Shown: positions 50,176 through 62,242 of the stretch, one piece after another
Layout of the letters: each line of letters opens with the position of its first letter
Numbering within the stretch: the first letter of the stretch is position 1
NCBI RefSeq assembly: GCF_035084215.1
Contig: NC_090336.1
Location: 29,202,001 to 29,266,000, forward strand
DNA: 64,000 bases
Source of the DNA: Heptranchias perlo
Lineage: Eukaryota
Reading direction: 5' to 3'
Notes under the pieces: model-generated
Database searches by the model: none
The model's input: the letters and a program-made list of their open reading frames with translations, nothing else
What the model was told of the DNA's origin: nothing
Made by a program: the position numbers and the translations under genes

Positions 50176-50948
50176 GGGGCAGACATTGCTTGCAAAATAA
50201 CAGTGAGCTCAACAGTGCTCTCTGTTGTTAGTGGCAAAATGGAGGAGAAAGTTCTGGGATGCGCAGTGAAACGGGGAAATCCAGAACTTGCTCCTGTTAG
50301 TTCGCCAGCGATATGACAGCTTCGAATTAAAGGTATATCGTCGGCTGCAATCAAGAAAATCATTGAAAAAGCGCCAACTTGCTCATCTGCCCAGCTGGAA
50401 ATTAACTAACATCGCCACAAAACAGGCCTGCTTAAAAATACCAGGTCTAAACTAAATTTTAATAGTGCGGTAAGTCTTAATGACTGCCAAACAACTAAAG
50501 ATTAACTTTTCAAAATGTGGAGTCTCATTACTCCTTATTTTCATAGCTTTTGGTCATTAACAATATTTTAATTCAAAAATTAAAACTTTTTAAAAAACGT
50601 TTCCCTTCTGTCACTTTTATTTAATTCAAGTATTTCTTACCCTCTCTTTTTTTCACTGTCTATAACTGTTTTTACAATGATTTTAATTTTGTATCTTTCA
50701 CTCACTCGGTTTCAGGTTGGAAGCCTGCAGAAACAGTTTCACAGCTTGTGAAAAATGCTGCAATCTGATTGGTTGAGGGGAGAGAGCGATCCACTCGCTT
50801 TTCCCACAGTTCCTAGCTTCGCTTGAACTGACACTGGGCTCTTCTCCGCTTCCTATTCGAGGAAGTGCCCGAAGTAAGTTAGTGGGTTCGTATAAATCTA
50901 TGGAGCGGTGAGCACTGTTGGTTCACCACTCTGAGCAATTTCTGCCCC
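50176..50948. mobile_element. Related non-autonomous TIR element, 3 nt from the previous one
   Basis: GGGGCAGACATTGCT ... AGCAATTTCTGCCCC, AAT/AGT flanks, shared internal blocks. Confidence 0.65.
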
Positions 50949-53900
50949 AGTGAATCATTTCAGGAAGTCAGCTGTTTTTTTATTCTATAAAACACTAAAT
51001 GAAGCTGTGAGATTGGAATTTTAAAGTGTATCATTTATTGTCAAAAATGTTTTCTGAAGTACTATGCTCAGAGATTTGAACTGCCATTCTACAAAGAGAA
51101 AACTTGCTTATCTAAATTCAGTACTTGGATGATTTTTGTTCATTCTTTGAAACTTAAAACTGAACTCAGAACAAGCTGCCAATATTTGCTGCACACTCTG
51201 GCTTGTGATCTCTTAGCAACCGGGCAGTTGATTCGAAGTCCTTTCCAGCCATGTGATATTATGGCACATCTTTTCTTTTGTGTATATTAGGTAGAATAAT
51301 AGGTTACATGTAGTGGGGCAGTGTCATGATAACACACATTGGAGCACTGATGCACAGCCCTCACAGGATGGTGAACACAGGTCTGATATCGTCTTTCTCT
51401 CAGTTCCCAATCTGAGATGGACTTTGGGTGGCAATGCACCTACTGAGAGGTGCTGTGCGTCGGCCGGCCTTTTCCAGAACACAATAATGACCTTGCATTA
51501 CCACTGAGATTTGAGGCTTTGTTTTAAATATATTTTGCAGCTTAATGAGACTTATGCCCTGAAGCAATGGGAGCCTCTTGTACCTCCAGTGCCATCCTGT
51601 CAGATAAGGATAGCACTGGGGCTAGGTCAGGCAGACGTTAACACACTTCTACTGCAAGGCCAGAGCTCCACAATTTCCAGCATCTGGTGCACAACAGCCG
51701 AATTTAGCCCAATAAATAGTAGTTATCGTAATAGCTATGAATTATTAAAAAAACACAAAACTGCATGGAACTTTTGTACTTGTGCTATTTTTTAATTAAT
51801 ATTTGTTTGATGTGATTTCCAGATAAAATGAGTCTATCATGTGACGTTAAGGTTTAACATATACACAGCTTAGTGATTTAAATGGTAATTTGGTTCACAA
51901 TGAAAAACATTTTGAAACATTTGCAGCTGAAATTGGAAATTAGTTTTCGACAGAAATTATAAGCAGACAAACACACACAATTGCAGAATACAATCACACA
52001 GACAGCAAGTGATCTGAATAGTGCATGATTTAAACAAGCTGTGATAGGGAAAGAAGTTAAACATTTTCAGAAGAAACTGCAAGATTACAACATCTTGGCA
52101 CCAAAACAGCAATTTTGAAATTGAAAAATTCAGCTGCGACCTCAAACGTCTTTAAAAATTCTCTTTTGATGATGCCCTAAGATAACATTTGTAAGATAAG
52201 ATTGTAGTCAGGCAAGATATGTTTAAATTACTTTGTAATATAGTACCTCAACTAATCAGCCTCCTGAATTATTCCTTCCGCCAGATCGTAGATTCCACTG
52301 ATTAAAAATTGTGGTTGGAGGCCTTTAATATGAAGGTTTTCAAAACTGGCATCTTAGTATAAGGCTTCCAAACTGCTGACATCATGTGAAGGGGAACGGC
52401 TGTTCCCTAATATCAATGTTGTACAATGGACACTATTGAAAAAAAGCCACGTATTCTTTTCTACTTTTTTCTTATTGGAATACATTGAAGATGCACACTT
52501 GTAAGATTATTATTTTTTACAAAATGCTATTGTTTCCCTTGTAAGGGTTCGGCTGCTGGGTTAACTCATGAGCACACAAGAGCAGCCAGTCCCTGTTGTA
52601 TGATTAATGAATAATTATGTCTTTCTGGAAGATCAATAGGAGAAAGCAGAAAATAAAATAATCTAACAATTCTTCTTGAGAAGCCGCAGTAGAATATCTC
52701 AAGGAAATGTTTCAATAAAAAATTGGAACCAACCATCCAATTAGACACAAAGGTGGAATATTTTGGTTTGTCAGTCCTGGTACAGATCGGTTTGATTATC
52801 CAAACATCTACAACCCTGTTGAATCCTATTCCAAAGTTTAAGGAAATGCTGCACCAAATGATTACTGGGATCAGCTCCATCATTCCAAAGTTTCCTCCTA
52901 ATCAATACCCAGCAGCAGAAAGCCCAGAACACGAGAAAAAAAGATGCATCAATAAATATGCAATGGGTTCCGATTGAAGTTCCTTTAATATCAGAGTTTT
53001 AACATTATCTTAAAATAAAATAATATCTCCATATAGACTCCGTGACCGTTGGAAACCACATTTCCTCATACTCAAGTGTTCTGCGTCTGGAATCGGTCTG
53101 GGGTTAACTTGGATCATTGATCACTTTCTCTGTATGACAAAAAATATGAATAATTATCCTCAGATTTTAACAAGAGAAAGTGCGATGGAAAAAACTGAAC
53201 TTCAGCATTTGACCAATATGGCCCATATCTCTGTATATATATTAAAAAGCTTACATCTCTGCACACTTCCATTATAAATATTTATGCCTAAAATTATAAT
53301 GAAAACTGCTTATGTAAACACCTCACAGTGTAATTACACTCTCTCGCCATTGGTGGCGCTGCAGTGCCCCAGTTTTGCACCTCTCCGTTCCTCAGTCTGT
53401 ATCACAGAAAGACTCCGACAATCTAAACAACTTTATTTATCCGCTTCCCTACTGGCCGTAAGTGTTTCTATTTAACTATAAGCAACAATACAAAATAAAG
53501 ACAGAACGGGGACTGAGTTATGTCTGTGCACCTTGGTTGAATGATACCCTGTCCTCCAATCACACTTTTCCTGACAACTATACTTGGTCTTTGATCCCCA
53601 CATGAACAATGCTATGGGAGATTGATAATTATTAATAATTATAAATGCAAAAAGTAGCTTTTTATAATTTTACCTCAAAAATCAATCCAACACTCTCCCA
53701 TAGAAGAGAGTGAATGAATCAATCTGTTATGTGTCCTAGCTCTTCGGTGTCATGTCTGGTATGAATATCTGAGTTGTTCAACTAGGTTGAACAAATTGGG
53801 ATGTTAATGCTACAATTTTTCTGTTATAAAGTAGTTAGCCTGAGCTCTCCAGATGACAAGCAAGTGGCATTTCATTTCTTTGTGCACTGTCCAATCAACT

Positions 53901-55689
53901 GGATAACTTGGAGGTACTGTTTTCTGTTTCCAAAGTTTTTTTTATGCAAAAACAGACATAGAATTGGAGATAACAAAATGTCTTTGCAGCCTCCTCTTTT
54001 TCACATTTTTATATTTATTGAATATTGGGAAACAATTTCCCTGCTTTAAAATGTTGTGGTGCAAACCAGTCATTCTGACTTGGCGTTTGCTGAAAATTCT
54101 CTCAATTAGAAGTTTTAAAACAGTGCTCCGATCTGAGGCCTGCACAGTCTTGGGGCCACAAATGACACAAATTGATTTTTGGCCACGAAAATTATATACA
54201 ATTGATAAAATATATATATAAATTAACTTGTAAAAATGTAACATGTTTGAAATAAATAACAATACAGTTAGAATCATAGAATCATAGAAGTTTACAACAT
54301 GGAAACAGGCCCTTCAGCCCAACATGTCCATGTCGCCCAGTTTATACCACTAAGCTAGTCCCAATTGCCTGCACTTGGCCCATATCCCTCTATACCCATC
54401 TTACCCATGTAACTGTCCAAATGCTTTTTAAAAGACAAAATTGTACCCGCCTCTACTACTGCCTCTGGCAGCTCGTTCCAGACACTCACCACCCTTTGAG
54501 TGAAAAAATTGCCCCTCTGGACCCTTTTGTATCTATCCCCTCTCACCTTAAATCTATGTCCCCTCGTTATAGACTCCCCTACCTTTGGGAAAAGATTTTG
54601 ACTATCTACCTTATCTATGCCCCTCATTATTTTATAGACTTGTATAAGATCACCCCTCAACCTCCTACTCTCCAGGGAAAAAAGTCCCAGTCTATCCAAC
54701 CTCTCCCTATAAGTCAACCCATCAAGTCCCGGCAGCATCCTAGTAAATCTTTTCTGCACTCTTTCTAGTTTAATAATATCCTTTCTATAATAGGGTGACC
54801 AGAACTGTACACAGTATTCCAAGTGTGGCCTTACTAATGTCTTGTACAACTTCAACAAGACATCCCAACTCCTGTATTCAATGTTCTGACCAATGAAACC
54901 AAGCAAGCTGAATGCCTTCTTCACCACCCTATCCACCTGTGACTCCACTTTCAAGGAGCTATGAACCTGTACTCCTAGATCTCTTTGTTCTATAACTCTC
55001 CCCAACGCCCTACCATTAACGGAGTAGGTCCTGGCCCGATTCGATCTCCCAAAATGCATCACCTCACATTTATCTAAATTAAACTCCATCTGCCATTCAT
55101 CGGCCCACTGGCCCAATTTATCAAGATCCCGTTGCAATCCTAGATAACCTTCTTCACTGTCCACGATGCCACCAATCTTGGTGTCATCTGCAAACTTACT
55201 AACCATGCCTCCTAAATTCTCATCCAAATCATTAATATAAATAACAAATAACAGCGGACCCAGCACCGATCCCTGAGGCACACCGCTGGTCACAGGCCTC
55301 CAATTTGAAAAACAACCCTCTACACCCACCCTCTGTCTTCTGTCGTCAAGCCAATGTTGTATCCAATTGGCTACCTCACCTTGGATCCCGTGAGATTTAA
55401 CCTTATGTAACAACCTACCATGCGGTACCTTGTCAAAGGCTTTGCTAAAGTCCATGTAGACCACGTCCACTGCACAGCCCTCATCTATCTTCTTGGTTAC
55501 CCCTTCAAAAAACTCAATCAAATTCGTGAGACATGATTTTCCTCTCACAAAACCATGCTGACTGTTCCTAATTAGTCCCTGCCTCTCCAAATGCCCGTAG
55601 ATCCTGTCTCTCAGAATAAACTCTAACAACTTACTCACTCCAGATGTCAGGCTCACCGGTCTGTAGTTCCCAGGCTTTTCCCTGCCGCC

Positions 55690-58600
55690 ATGTGTGAGGA
55701 CAACACAGTGTGCTGAGAGTTCGGTACGTGTGGGAGTTTGGTAAAGTGGGGGAAGGAGGTGCTGCTTTGCCTTGCTTTTCCTGCAGAGCGGTAGTGGACC
55801 TGAGAGCGGTGAGCGGCGGTAAAGAGCGAGACCAGAGCGGGGATAAAAACAGCGCAGAGAGAGCGAGAGTCCAGTCGGTGAGCGGCGGGAGAGAGCGAGA
55901 CCAGAGCGGAGATATAAACAGCGCGGAGAGAGCGAGACCAGAGCTTACTCTGAGAGCGAGACTCTGAGAACCAGCGGCAGTTCGGGGTGACGTCACCAGT
56001 CAGAAAGTGACGCGGCACAGGGGAGGCAGCTGATTGGTGAGTATTTCTACCATTTTACTGTAAGTAAAGTAATAAGAAAGGGAAAATCTGCAGGTTTTAT
56101 AGCAGATAGTGTTTTTTTTTAGTGAACCTAGGTCCCTAGTATAGTTAACATTTTCTAATTTCAACGTAATTTAAAAGGGGTAACTCAGCTAAGGCAAGTC
56201 ATGGCAGCAGACCTCGCACCCGTGATATGCTCCTCCTGCAAGATGTGGGAAGTCATGGACACTACCAGTGTCCCTGCCGACCATGTGTGCGGGAAGTGTG
56301 TCCACCTGCAGCTACTGACCGATCGTATCTCGGAGCTGGAGCTGCGGGTGGACTCACTGTGGAGCATCCGCGATGCAGAGAAACTCGTGGATAGCACGTT
56401 TAGCGAGTTGGTCACACCGCAGGTAAAGGGTATACAGGCAGGAAGTGAATGGGTGACCACCAGGAAGAGTAAGAGATGCAGGCAGGTAGTGCAGGGGTCC
56501 CCTGTGTCCATCCCCCTCTCAAACAGATATGCCACTTTGGATGCTGTTGGGGGGGATGACTTATCAGGGGAAGGCAGCAGCAGCCAACTTCCTGGCACCA
56601 CGGGTAGCTCTGCTGCACAGGCTGGGAGGAAAAAGAGTGGCAGAGCTATAGTGATAGGGGACTCAATTGTAAGGGGAATAGACAGGCGTTTCTGCGGCCG
56701 CAACCGAGACTCCAGGATGGTGTGTTGCCTCCCTGGTGCAAGGATCAAGGATGTCTCGGAGCGGCTACAGAACATTTTGGAGGGGGAGGGCGAACAGCCA
56801 GCTGTCGTGGTGCACATAGGCACCAACGATATAGGTAAAAAAGGGGATGAGGTCCTAAAAGCAGAATATAGGGAGTTAGGAGGTAAATTAAAAAATAGGA
56901 CCTCAAAGGTAGTAATCTCAGGATTGCTGCCAGTGCCACGTGCTAGTCAGAGTAGAAATAGGAGGATATTTCAAATGAATACGTGGCTAGAGGAATGGTG
57001 CAAGGGGGAGGGATTCAAATTCCTGGGACACTGGAAACGGTTCTGGGGGAGGTGGGACCAGTACAAACCGGACGGTCTGCACCTGGGCAGGGCCGGGACC
57101 GCTGTCCTAGGAGGAGTGTTTGCTAGTGCTGTTGGGGAGGGTTTAAACTAAAGTGGCAGGGGGTTGGGAACCTGAGCAGGGAGAGAGAGGAAAGCGTAAC
57201 AGGAAGGGACAGAAGGTATGGAGTAATAGGTAAAGTGTTAAAAAAGGAAAAAGCAGGAACTAAGCGTCACAAAACAGATTTGAAAGTTCTTTATCTGAAT
57301 GCACGTAGCATTCGTAATAAAATGGACGAGTTAACGGCACAAATAACTACGTATGGGTATGATCTTGTGGCCATTACAGAAACATGGCTGCAGGGTGACA
57401 ACGACTGGGAATTAAATATGCCAGGGTATTTAACAATCAGGAAGGACAGGCAGGAAGGAAGGGGAGGTGGGGTGGCTATGTTAATAAAGGAAGGAATCAC
57501 TGTAATACAGAGAAATGATATTGGGACAAAGCATCAAGATAATGAAACAGTTTGGGTGGAGATAAGGAATAATAAGGGAAAAAAAACATTAGTGGGCGTA
57601 GTATATAGGCCTCCTAATAGTTGCAACTCTGCTGGAAGAAGTATTAATCAGGAGATAGTCGGGGCATGTAATAAGGGAACAGCCATAATTATGGGGGATT
57701 TTAATTATCATATTAACTGGACAAATCAAATTGGGCAGAGCAGCCTTGAGGACGAGTTCATTGAGTGCATCAGGGATGGATTTCTTGAGCAGTATGTAAC
57801 TGATCCTACAAGGGGGCAGGCAACCTTGGACCTGGTCCTGTGTAATGAGTCAGGATTAATTAATAATGTCCTAGTTAAGGATCCCCTTGGAACGAGCGAC
57901 CACAACATGGTTGAATTCCATATCCAATTAGAGGGTGAGAAGGTTGATTCTCAAACAAGCGTACTGAGCTTGAATAAAGGAGACTATGATGGTATGAGAG
58001 CGGAATTGATTAAAGTGGACTGGGAAAATAGATTAAAGGGTAAGACGGTACATGAGCAGTGGTGTTCATTTAGGGAGTTATTTTACAACTTTCAAAATAA
58101 ATATATTCCACTGAGGAAAAAAGGGTGTAAAAGAAATGACAGCCACCCGTGGCTAAGTAAAGAAATCAAGGATAGTATCCGACTAAAAACAAGGACATAT
58201 AAGGTAGCCAAACTTAGTGGGAGGATAGAAGATTGGGAATTCTTCAAAAGACAGCAAAAAGTAACTAAAGGATTGATTAAGAAAGGGAAGTTAGATTATG
58301 AAAAGAAATTAGCAAAAAATATAAAAACAGATAGCAAGAGTTTCTATAGTTATATAAAAAGAAAAAGGGTGGCTAAGGCAAACATAGGTCCCTTAGAGGA
58401 TGAGACCGGGAAATTAATGGTGGGAAACATGGAGATGGCAAAAATGCTGAACAAATATTTTGTTTCAGTCTTTACAGTAGAGGACACTAAGAATATCCCA
58501 ACACTGGACAAACAGGGGACTCTCGGGGGGGAGGAGCTAAATACGATTAAAATCACTTAAGAGATGGTACTCAGTAAAATAATGGGACTCAAGGCGGATA

Positions 58601-60289
58601 AATCCCCTGGACCTGATGGCTTCCATCCTAGGGTCTTGAGGGAAGTGGCAGTAGGGATTGTGGATGCTTTGGTGATAGTTTTCCAAAATTCCCTGGACTC
58701 AGGAGAGGTCCCGGCAGATTGGAAAACTGCTAATGTAACACCGTTATTTAAAAAGGGTAGTAGGCAGAAGGCTGGAAATTATAGGCCAGTTAGCTTAACA
58801 TCTGTGGTGGGTAAAATTTTGGAGTCTATTATTAAGGAGACAGTAACGGAACATTTAGATAAGCATAATTTAATAGGACAAAGTCAGCATGGCTTTATGA
58901 AGGGGAAGTCATGTCTGACAAATTTGCTTGAGTTCTTCGAGGATATAACGTATAGGGTGGATAAAGGGGAACCAGTGGACGTAGTGTATTTAGACTTCCA
59001 GAAGGCATTCGACAAGGTGCCACATAAAAGATTATTACTTAAGATAAAAAATCACGGGATTGGGGGTAATATTCTGGCATGGGTGGAGGATTGGTTATCG
59101 AACAGGAAGCAGAGAGTTGGGATAAATGGTTCATTTTCGGACTGGCAACCAGTAACCAGTGGTGTTCCACATGGGTCGGTGCTGGGTCCCCAACTCTTTA
59201 CAATCTATATTAACGATTTGGAGGAGGGGACCGAGTGCAACATATCAAAATTTGCAGATGATACAAAGATGGGAGGGAAAGTAGAGAGTGAGGAGGACAT
59301 AAAAAACCTGCAAGGGGATATAGACAGGCTGGGTGAGTGGGCGGAGATTTGCAGATGCAATATAATATTGGAAAATGTGAGGTTATGCACTTTGGCAGGA
59401 AAAATCAGAGAGCAAGTTATTTTCTTAATGGCGAGAGACTGGAAAGTACTGCAGTACAAAGGGATCTGGGGGTCCTAGTGCAAGAAAATCAAAAAGTTGG
59501 TATGCAGGTGCAGCAGGTGATCAAGAAAGCCAACGGAATGTTGGCTTTTATTGCTAGGGGGATAGAATATAAAAACAAGGAGGTATTGCTGCAGTTATAT
59601 AAGGTATTGGTGAGACCGCACCTGGAATACTGCATACAGTTTTGGTCTCCATACTTAAGAAAAGACATACTTGCTCTCGAGGCAGTACAAAGAAGGTTCA
59701 CTCGGTTAATCCCGGGGATGAGGGGGCGGACATATGAGGAGAGGTTGAGTAGATTGGGACTCTACTCATTGGAGTTCAGAAGAATGAGAGGCGATCTTAT
59801 TGAAACATATAAGATTGTGAAGGGTCTTGATCGGGTGGATGCAGTAAGGATGTTCCCAAAGATGGGTGAAACTAGAACTAGGGGGCATAATCTTAGAATA
59901 AGGGGCTGCTCTTTCAAAACTGAGATGAGGAGAAACTTCTTCACTCAGAGGGTGGTAGGTCTGTGAAATTTGCTGCCCCAGGAAGCTGTGGAAGCTACAT
60001 CATTAGATAAATTTAAAACAGAAATAGACAGTTTCCTAGAAGTAAAGGGAATTAGGGGTTATGGGGAGCGGGCAGGAAATTGGACATGAAGCTGAGTTCG
60101 GATCGGTCAATGCCCTGTGGGTGGCGGAGAGGGCCCAGGGGCTATGTGGCCGGGTCCTGCTCCGACTTCTTGTGTTCTTTAGATTTGTGGTTGGGATCAG
60201 ATCAGCCATGATCTTATTGAATGGCGGAGCAGGCTCGAGGGGCCGATTGGCCTACTCCTGCTCCAATTTCTGATGTTCTTATGTTCTTA
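55690..60289 (+). mobile_element. Full-length CR1 LINE (5' UTR, ORF1, disrupted ORF2, 3' tail)
   Basis: GC-rich repetitive 5' UTR; ORF2 has a stop at 58558, a frameshift near 59355 and a stop at 59964. Confidence 0.95.
56201..57151 (+). CDS. CR1 ORF1: CxxC...CxxC zinc finger, coiled coil, SGNH esterase
   Basis: CSSC, CGKC, GDS, HIGTND, DGLH motifs; intact 316 aa. Confidence 0.92.
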   Translation: MAADLAPVICSSCKMWEVMDTTSVPADHVCGKCVHLQLLTDRISELELRVDSLWSIRDAEKLVDSTFSELVTPQVKGIQAGSEWVTTRKSKRCRQVVQGSPVSIPLSNRYATLDAVGGDDLSGEGSSSQLPGTTGSSAAQAGRKKSGRAIVIGDSIVRGIDRRFCGRNRDSRMVCCLPGARIKDVSERLQNILEGEGEQPAVVVHIGTNDIGKKGDEVLKAEYRELGGKLKNRTSKVVISGLLPVPRASQSRNRRIFQMNTWLEEWCKGEGFKFLGHWKRFWGRWDQYKPDGLHLGRAGTAVLGGVFASAVGEGLN

Positions 60290-62242
60290 TTCTTAAACAA
60301 AGGCACAACATTTGCTACCCTCCAATCTTCAGGCACCTCACCTGTAGCTGTCGATGATTCAAATATCTCTGCTCGGGGACCCGCAATTTCCTCCCTAACC
60401 TCCCATAACGTCCTGGTATACATTTCATCAGGTCCCGGAGATTTATCTACCTTGATGCGCATTAAGACTTCCAGCACCTCCCTCTCTGTAATATGTACAC
60501 TCCTCAAGACATCACTATTTATTTCCCCAAGTTCCCTAACATCCATGCCTTTCTCAACCGTAAATACCGATGCGAAATATTCATTTAGGATCTCACCCAT
60601 CTCTTGTGGTTCCGCACATAGATGACCTTGTTGATCCTTTAGAGGCCCTACTTTCTCCCTAGTTACTCTTTTGCCCTGGTTCAAATTACAATTAAAATCA
60701 TGCGATACTGCTCTAGTCATATATAAAACATCTAATGTCTACACACATTTCTTGTCAACTTTTTGATATTATAAATTCCGAATGTTCACATTTATAATGT
60801 AAACTTGTCTTGCTATAATTACACCCTTCCCCCCCATTATCATCTGCATCTCACTTTCTACTGCATTGTGGAGGTTTTCTGTGGGGCTGCTCCATCAAAG
60901 GGAAAGCAGTGGAGCAGACCCCAAATCCATTTGATTACGTAGCTCAGACCATGTCCCAGATGCAAATTACAGGGGTCATCGACACGGGTGCCGCCCACCT
61001 GAGACTGCAAGGATGCTTGAGCGATGTCCGTTGGAGCATCAGCCCCGAATATGATGATACCTGTGACAATGCATCTTTGCATCAATACTGCACTGGGGTG
61101 TCAGTCAAGATATATGATCAAGTCATGGAATGAGACTTCAACCCAGTACCTTCTGACACAGAGACAAGAATGCTGAATGAGGCAACTAAAATTTCCAGGA
61201 ATTTGTGAAGTCACAATGTGCAGACTTTAATCCATGGATTATAAACTATTATTTTTTTCACTTTCAATAGTAGATAAGGCGTTTGAGCAAATTTATTATC
61301 ACCATCGTCCTTTACACATGTTGTGTTGTCTTGTTTCTCAGTACTGTGAGCATCAGGGTTACTTTGGGTTGCCTTATATCCCCCACCTGCTTCTCTCGTG
61401 TCCTCTGGCTTTGACACTGCGCTCAAACAAATACTTCAAAGGCTTTCTGAGACAAGAAACCTCAACCCATTCAAACAATCTAAAGTTTAGCTCCTGTAGT
61501 CCTGCTGCACCAGAGGGAAAGCAGAGGATTGGACCCCAAATCCACCTGAACAGACAATTCCAGACCCTGTCCCAGAGGCGAGGGACAGGGGTTATCTGTA
61601 TGGACGGGGCAGGCCACTGGAGGCTGCAAGGGTGCATGAGAGACACCCGCCCCGACATCGGCTCTGAACATTGTCGTGGCACCATGTCACTCTAAGGATA
61701 ATAGAGGGAGGGCAGGAAGGACCCAATGAAAGGGGTCATTTTTTTCATTTTTGGCTCTCAGTGTATTAAGGGATACAATTTTAAAAGGGAATCATTCGTC
61801 TTTGGCATTAATTAGCTTTATCTAACTCTAACACTTTCCTAAATGTCTCATTAAATAAAAGATGCCATTTTTTCCTTCGGTCTAATACTTTTCCCAACAT
61901 ATTATCTTCTTTATTAATCCCACCTTCAGTTCTTTGCTTATTGATCCTTTGAAACGCACCTTCTTCTTTGTATTGATCATCTGCACCTTGCTCTGTTTTC
62001 TCATTATTGTTTTGTTCCATTGTGGAGGTTTTCTGTGATTCCACATGAATAGAATCAAACATTATAAACAGTATAAACCCCATAGTGTAGAGGAACAGAA
62101 ACAGCAGTGATAATGCTATTGGCCAATATTTAAAGAATAAACAGGTATTCAGTTGAGCACGATGCAACTTTAACAAAGGAGAAGTGTCATTATTTCTAAG
62201 ATGGCATCGCATTAAAGACCCTTAGAATAATGCAGAATTGTT

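Larger units (their letters stand above)
54270..60678 (-). mobile_element. 5'-truncated CR1 (54270-55689 and 60290-60678) with (ATGATTCT)n tail, interrupted by a + strand CR1
   Basis: 433-aa RT ORF at 54355-55656; WRVANVVPLFK at 60.3 kb joins across the insertion. Confidence 0.92.
53884..62242. repeat. Third, more diverged copy of the 9.2-11 kb exon-array unit (53884-54269 and 60675-62242), split by nested CR1s
   Basis: Homologous ORFs at 53942-54277, 60858-61085, 61234-61695 and 61808-62212. Confidence 0.9.

Noticed and set aside
51950-52035. Hydrophobic Cys/Val-rich minus-strand stretch as a leader exon
   Set aside because: No in-frame ATG plus donor; a much better leader exists at 47424-47475.
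55790-55970. Short spaced repeats resembling a CRISPR array
   Set aside because: Tandem repeats in a CR1 5' UTR in a vertebrate context, with no unique spacers or cas genes.
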